Positions 15,241 to 20,000 of a stretch of 20,000 nucleotides of DNA are shown piece after piece. Position numbers and translations under genes: made by a program. Position 1 is the stretch's first letter. Each line of letters starts with the position of its first letter. Origin of the DNA: an uncultured virus (IMG/VR IMGVR_UViG_3300043568_001227) (lineage: Duplodnaviria; Heunggongvirae; Uroviricota; Caudoviricetes); the IMG/VR virus record IMGVR_UViG_3300043568_001227, positions 57,669-77,668 of that record; one strand, given 5' to 3'. The notes beneath the pieces were generated by a model. It searched no databases, was not told the DNA's origin, and was given only the letters and a program-made list of their open reading frames with translations.

Positions 15241-16170
15241 TTACTTTAATTTAATTCCTAATGATTTAAATGATAACCAACTTGGTACCTTTGTTTTCGC
15301 TTTAGGGGCTGGTTTAACTCCTGGCTTAGGTTGGTACGGTGTTGCAGGTTTTGAGGGTCTTGTTGGGGTATCAACATCAGGTTTAACCCCTGGTCTTGAT
15401 GGCGCCGTTTTAGTACCTTGTTCTTTAACTAAATTAAGGAATTCCTGCTTAGTCATTTTTGGTGTGATATGTTTTTCCACTAACTTCATAATTTTTTTCT
15501 CTATTTCGTTCTCACCAAATGTAACGCTTGGGGAGATGGAATTCAACTTATTTTTTACTCCACCAGCATATGCCGCAGAAACTTTATTAACTAAATTATT
15601 TAAACCGCTTTCTTTAGCTTCAGTTTTTTTCTTTTCAGGTAACTTTTTAAAGTTTGTTTTATCGGCAAATTCTTCAGCCATTTTACACCATTTTTTTTGT
15701 TCTTTTGTTTTACCATCACCGCATTTGGCGAAGAAATATTTTTGTTGTTTTTTAGACTCAAATTTTTCCGCAAGATTTTTATACTCTTGTAATGAATCAG
15801 GGTCACCGTCACCTGTAGGTCCTTTTTGAACTGGGTCTTGTGTATCACCTTTCATTAACCAATTCATTTCAGAATCAGTGTCTTCGGTCATTTCAGTCTC
15901 CATAGGTGTTGCTTTCATAGTACCATCAGGTTTTTTCTCAACCTTATATCCCTTTCCTGTTGGGTTATTTGGTAATTCACCTCCTTGAGTTCCTATATTA
16001 ACAATTTCTTTAGCGGGCTCAGTAGTTTTGGTAACTTGTTCTTTATTTTCTTTTTTAGACTCATTCAGTCTGTTAAACAAAATATCCACTTGTGATTCAC
16101 TTAATTTAGTGACAGTGGAAGCCTTCAACCCGTGTTGTATTAATTTTAATTGTTTTTGGTTAGTTTTCAT
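15241..16170 (-). CDS. hypothetical low-complexity head-associated protein (309 aa from ATG 16170)
   Basis: ATG 16170 (MKTNQKQL) overlaps the 3' end of the upstream gene; many L-x-E / E-x-K-E sites, a Pro/Lys-rich tail and an internal FESKKQQ...EEFADKT..KKLPEKK module. Confidence 0.8.
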   Translation of the reverse strand: MKTNQKQLKLIQHGLKASTVTKLSESQVDILFNRLNESKKENKEQVTKTTEPAKEIVNIGTQGGELPNNPTGKGYKVEKKPDGTMKATPMETEMTEDTDSEMNWLMKGDTQDPVQKGPTGDGDPDSLQEYKNLAEKFESKKQQKYFFAKCGDGKTKEQKKWCKMAEEFADKTNFKKLPEKKKTEAKESGLNNLVNKVSAAYAGGVKNKLNSISPSVTFGENEIEKKIMKLVEKHITPKMTKQEFLNLVKEQGTKTAPSRPGVKPDVDTPTRPSKPATPYQPKPGVKPAPKAKTKVPSWLSFKSLGIKLK

Positions 16171-16570
16171 AGACAACCTTTTTTTCAAATTCTAAAACGA
16201 TATCACGTTCATATAATTTATCTTTGACTGTGGTTTCTTCGTCACCGAATCTAAACACTAATCTTTTTTGATGGTCAAAATCGACATCATCACTTTCGTT
16301 CTCCCAAGCCATCGCAATTACTCCATCCATAGAATCCATCATTGAGAAGTAATCAGAATTTTGGATAACTGATAATGTAACTTGGTCATCTTTTAGAGTT
16401 CCTACTTTTCGTATAAATTCTAAATCAGGTGGTAGTGGGTAACCATTTGATGGTTTTGACTCCCAATTATCCCCCCATATTTTTTCTAAAGTATCAGAAA
16501 ATATGAATTCATATATGTTATCTCCCTTATAATTAGGGCCTAATTCATTAACATATATTAAATAACTCAT
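16160..16570 (-). CDS. hypothetical protein (136 aa)
   Basis: ORF track; the start is coupled to the upstream stop (TAATG at 16568-16572). Confidence 0.8.
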   Translation of the reverse strand: MSYLIYVNELGPNYKGDNIYEFIFSDTLEKIWGDNWESKPSNGYPLPPDLEFIRKVGTLKDDQVTLSVIQNSDYFSMMDSMDGVIAMAWENESDDVDFDHQKRLVFRFGDEETTVKDKLYERDIVLEFEKKVVYEN

Positions 16571-17916
16571 TATAGTATCTGACCTTTAACCGTAACTCTA
16601 AGTTGTTTATTATTCATTTCAAAAACTAAATTTTTGTGATTTGTTTTACCCACTAATTTAGCGTTAGGGTATTTGGAAACCAATTTAGTTGATGCAACTT
16701 CTTGAGAAATACTTTCAGAAACAATCTTAATTTTACTAATCGTTTTTGATTTGTTTTCTTTAATTAAATTAAGTTTTTGTTTTTTAGCTTCGATTAAATT
16801 ACGTTCGTTTTCCTCAACCTTGAAGTATTTTTTTAATATGTCATCAACTTTAGATTCGGTAAAAAGTCCTTCGATAACATCTTCCATGTGTTTACCATGT
16901 TTTGGGTTAACACCTTTAATTTTTGAACGATATTCTTCACCATCTTCTTCATCATGACCTTCACCAAAAATATTATCTGCTAATTTTTTACCCGCAGAAA
17001 GTGCTTCGTCTTCATCATCAAACATGCCAGAATCACCCTCAGCCATTTCACCTTCAGGTTCTTCCATACCCATTTCGTCACCCTCAGGTTCTTCCATATC
17101 CATTTCTTCACCACCAAATTCTTCCTCAGATTCAATACCCTCAAGTTTATTTAAAATATCTTCTTTATCTTCTTCATCCAATGATTCTAAATTCAATGCT
17201 GATAAGATAGAATTAATAACATATTTAATGTCTTTAGATGTCATTGGTTCCTCATCTTCTTGAGTGTCTTGGAAAGCTCTTAATTTCTGAGCTAATTTAC
17301 CTGTTAATTTTTGAATAACTTTTAATGTAATAACTTCATCTTCTTCAGGTTGTTCCATTTCTTCACCTTCAGGTTCTTCCATACTCATATCATCTTCCAT
17401 ACCTAAATCGTCTGTCGGTGCAGGAGCGGGTGAGGGTGCAGGAGCGGGAGCGGGAGCGGGTGCAGGAGCGGGAGCGGGTGCAGGAGCGGGTGCCGCTTGT
17501 TCCTTAGTTTCCCCCATTTTCAAAATGTATTTTGTCGCCGCTTTTTCATCAATATCGCTCTCACCAAATAATGAAACATTTGATTCATATCCTTCATTAA
17601 TATTAACCTCTTTAGCAATTAAGTTAAGACGTTTGAACGCTTGCGAATAAGAAGAATAGTATTTTCTATTTTTCATTGGTTCTAAGTAATCATTTTCACC
17701 AACAGATTCAGTTAGTGATTTTTTAATTACGTACCCATTTTTTTCTTTAACAATTTGATAATTGTTTCCGTCAGATAAAGTCTTTCTATATTCGATTGAT
17801 TTATCTTCATTTATAGGCGTCGGAGTATTTTCATTATATCTAGAAATTTCAATGATACGGTTGATTTTATCCATACCTTGTAATTTTTCACTTCCAATTG
17901 GTTTTAAGTTTCCCAT
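16570..17916 (-). CDS. acidic, scaffold-like head-associated protein with a Pro-Ala linker (448 aa)
   Basis: EEPEG repeats, a (PA)n tract and many L/I/F-x-E sites; TATTTATA motif ~31 nt upstream. Confidence 0.75.
   Translation of the reverse strand: MGNLKPIGSEKLQGMDKINRIIEISRYNENTPTPINEDKSIEYRKTLSDGNNYQIVKEKNGYVIKKSLTESVGENDYLEPMKNRKYYSSYSQAFKRLNLIAKEVNINEGYESNVSLFGESDIDEKAATKYILKMGETKEQAAPAPAPAPAPAPAPAPAPAPSPAPAPTDDLGMEDDMSMEEPEGEEMEQPEEDEVITLKVIQKLTGKLAQKLRAFQDTQEDEEPMTSKDIKYVINSILSALNLESLDEEDKEDILNKLEGIESEEEFGGEEMDMEEPEGDEMGMEEPEGEMAEGDSGMFDDEDEALSAGKKLADNIFGEGHDEEDGEEYRSKIKGVNPKHGKHMEDVIEGLFTESKVDDILKKYFKVEENERNLIEAKKQKLNLIKENKSKTISKIKIVSESISQEVASTKLVSKYPNAKLVGKTNHKNLVFEMNNKQLRVTVKGQIL
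17416..17496. repeat. GC-rich in-frame (Pro-Ala)n coding repeat
   Basis: gcaggagcgggt / gagcgg iterations encoding APAPAPAPAPAPAPAPAPAPSPAPAP. Confidence 0.9.
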
Positions 17917-17999
17917 TATTTTGTTTTTTTTTTAAAATTATTTTATATATAAATATATTCAGAATCAAAAATGTTATCGTTCTAACGTAATTGAATCAT

Positions 18000-19295
18000 T
18001 TATTTAAATCCTAATGTCGATAATAATGGTTCTAACCAATTACTAACTTCTTTATTACTTCCTTCGATACCTTTGGTGATAACAGTCTCGTCGTAATCAG
18101 TTTCGTCATTATTACTATCATCTTTATAATCAGTACCCAATTTATTAGTGAAAATTTTTCCAGAATTTTTTAACAATTCTCTAATATGTTCCCCATAAGG
18201 TAATCCTATGTGCACATGAGTCATTGTGTCATGTCCAACCCATTCAGAAACAACTCCAATGTAATCACCAACTTTAATTGTATCTCCGTTCTTTAATTTT
18301 ACATTTTTAACGTGAGTGTAAAAAATATCAGGAAATCCGTCAGACCCTTTAATCGATACTTGTGTTCCATAAATTTTTCCAGAATTTTTACCAGTATCTC
18401 TTATTTTAGTTACAGTACCGTTAGTATATGAATTAACAACTGTATTCGGAGGGGCAAAAATATCCCAAGCATTATCTGATTGCCAATTACCTAATTTTCT
18501 ACTACCATGATTTTTTGGACCGTTCTCTAAATCAGTTTTAAAATTACCACCAATAGTTGTTGTAGATTCTTTCAAGGATAATTCTTTATCAATACGATTA
18601 TCTTGATATTGATATAATTTTTCAATATATCCATTTCTTCTCAATACTTTAAATACTAAGTTTTCATCAGAATATTCTCCACCTTCTTCTAATCCGCAAG
18701 TTCTATATTTTTTAAGTTTTTTCTTATACTTGTCGATAATTTTTTTAGTGTCATCAATAGATTCATCCTTAACACTTTCAATAACACCGTCAATAATGTC
18801 CATCCATTGTTTTGATTTGTTTTTAATCAGTTCAAGGTCAATTTTAACATTTTCTTTTTTAGGTTCATTTTCCCATGTATCAAATAAAACAGAATACACT
18901 CCACTACTAAAGTGAGACTCAATTTCATTTTGAACATATAACTCAACTTCATATCCGTAGATGGTGATATCGTGTTTGTCGTTATATATGGTTTTTTTTA
19001 ATTGGAATAATTCTTCGTATAAAGGTAATTCAGTTTTTGAGAATTGATTAAAGTCAACTAAGATGTGTAAATCAATGTCTGAAAATTTTGACCAGTTATA
19101 ATTGGCTAATGAACCTGTCATTATAACGTCTGACACAAAAATATCAACGTTTAAAAATTCTATAAACTCATAAGCAATCTCAAGTAGACGTGACCTAACT
19201 TTAGGTGACATCTTTTCCATTGACCCATCCCAAATCTTAGGATTTAATTCGTCTTGTACGTGAAAACTAGTTAATATACTTTTTAAATCACTCAT
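18000..19295 (-). CDS. fusion of a pol-beta-superfamily nucleotidyltransferase (N-term) and an M23-like peptidase (C-term), 431 aa
   Basis: IMTGSLANYNWSKFSDIDLHILV (GS..DxD) plus YEVELYV; C-terminal WDIFAPPNTVV...GTV...FYTHVKNVKLKNGDTIKVGDYIG...THVHIG (M23 fold with HxH). Confidence 0.8.
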   Translation of the reverse strand: MSDLKSILTSFHVQDELNPKIWDGSMEKMSPKVRSRLLEIAYEFIEFLNVDIFVSDVIMTGSLANYNWSKFSDIDLHILVDFNQFSKTELPLYEELFQLKKTIYNDKHDITIYGYEVELYVQNEIESHFSSGVYSVLFDTWENEPKKENVKIDLELIKNKSKQWMDIIDGVIESVKDESIDDTKKIIDKYKKKLKKYRTCGLEEGGEYSDENLVFKVLRRNGYIEKLYQYQDNRIDKELSLKESTTTIGGNFKTDLENGPKNHGSRKLGNWQSDNAWDIFAPPNTVVNSYTNGTVTKIRDTGKNSGKIYGTQVSIKGSDGFPDIFYTHVKNVKLKNGDTIKVGDYIGVVSEWVGHDTMTHVHIGLPYGEHIRELLKNSGKIFTNKLGTDYKDDSNNDETDYDETVITKGIEGSNKEVSNWLEPLLSTLGFK

Positions 19296-19325
19296 TACTA
19301 ATAAATAGTCGAGTATTGATAATAA

Positions 19326-19568
19326 TTAAAGTTTAGTATATTTGAATTTTTTAGAGATTTCTGTGTTAAAGAATTTACCTTGAGACTCATTCATTCTAAA
19401 TCTAGTGTAAACCTCATGAGGAACCGCGTCATATTGGTATTTCATACCGTTTTTAAATTCCACCACCATTAATTTGGTTTCGGTATCATACTCAGTTTTT
19501 ACTAAGTTACTTGAATCTATCTCGTTAATAATCTTCGTCCCGATTATCTCTTCTTTTTTTACTGCCAT
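19326..19568 (-). CDS. KTSC domain protein (80 aa)
   Basis: DSSNLVKTEYDTETKLMVVEFKNGMKYQYDAVPHEVYTRF..NESQGKFFNTEI matches KTSC (SS.I..vgYD....L.veF..G..Y.Y..VP..vy..l..a.S.G.yfn..I). Confidence 0.9.
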   Translation of the reverse strand: MAVKKEEIIGTKIINEIDSSNLVKTEYDTETKLMVVEFKNGMKYQYDAVPHEVYTRFRMNESQGKFFNTEISKKFKYTKL

Positions 19569-19860
19569 TTTGTAAAGGTGTTTCTGAATCTATTATTTGT
19601 AATTTACCTTTAAGATAATCAACAAACTCATTGTGGTCAACATCAGGGAAAAAACTTTTTAGTTCTTGGAATAATTTTGAATGTAAACTACTAAACCTTT
19701 GGAAGTTTCTCATAATATCTTGGGGATAATATGGTGGTTTCTCCAAATCCTTTTCGGACCAACCTTCTCTTTGGAATGATTGTCTAAGATTTCTATATGT
19801 TTCTAAGATATCTTTATCAGCACCTAAGGTCTCAATATATTTGGTGTAGTGTTTTATCAT
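19525..19860 (-). CDS. hypothetical protein (~111 aa; start 19860 or 19866)
   Basis: ORF track (given to 19878); the TATTTAT motif at 19865-19871 favours ATG 19860. Confidence 0.65.
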   Translation of the reverse strand: MIKHYTKYIETLGADKDILETYRNLRQSFQREGWSEKDLEKPPYYPQDIMRNFQRFSSLHSKLFQELKSFFPDVDHNEFVDYLKGKLQIIDSETPLQNGSKKRRDNRDEDY

Positions 19861-19903
19861 ATTCATAAATATAACCAAAAATTAAATTTTTTAATTTAGA
19901 TAT

Positions 19904-19919
19904 TTTACTTACCTTTGTA
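19904..19919 (+). promoter_or_regulatory. Bacteroidota-type -7 promoter element for the plus-strand gene starting at 19972
   Basis: TACCTTTG (19910-19917) inside TTTACTTACCTTTGTA, 15/16 identical to 3429-3444. Confidence 0.65.
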
Positions 19920-19971
19920 CCTGTTGTTGAAAATACAAAATTAATCCTTATAATTAACTAAAAAACAAAAT

Positions 19972-20000
19972 ATGATAGAATCCATGGATAATGGGGGAAA
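19972..20000 (+). CDS. start of a gene running off the window (MIESMDNGG...)
   Basis: ATG after the A-rich leader aaaaaacaaaat, downstream of a promoter element; too short to assign. Confidence 0.55.

Noticed and set aside
17416..17496. GC-rich island suggesting foreign DNA
   Set aside because: Explained by Pro-Ala codons in an in-frame linker.
1..20000. Stop-codon reassignment, as in some large Bacteroidota phages
   Set aside because: All core genes are full length in the standard code; stops are TAA except the portal's TGA, and read-through there would add only a few residues before a TAA.

Overview
AT-rich window from a large, T4-like/jumbo-type tailed phage, very likely infecting Bacteroidota. 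Host evidence: a Flavobacteria-type bS21, TAnnTTTG promoters, a DUF4494-like gene and no Shine-Dalgarno sequences. The minus strand carries the head morphogenesis module: large terminase, portal, prohead protease, acidic scaffold and major capsid protein, plus several acidic or low-complexity head-associated proteins, a nucleotidyltransferase-M23 fusion and a KTSC protein. Two host-derived genes sit on the plus strand: ribosomal protein bS21 and methylglyoxal synthase. Three observations stand out. (1) Genes downstream of the capsid gene (OmpA-like, peptidoglycan-binding, glycine-zipper/annexin-repeat and RNase-toxin-like proteins) share an N-terminal leader ending in L-x-E, suggesting protease-matured, head-packaged cargo. 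(2) An unannotated ~110-nt structured plus-strand RNA (3448-3559) has a host-type promoter, two hairpins with near-identical loops and a terminator, and converges on the RNase-like gene. (3) A recurrent TATTTAT element precedes most minus-strand genes and is a probable phage late promoter. Two ORFs absent from the ORF track were read by hand (<1..1345 and 11958..12113), plus one start at the right edge. All domain calls come from motif recognition by eye; no searches were run.
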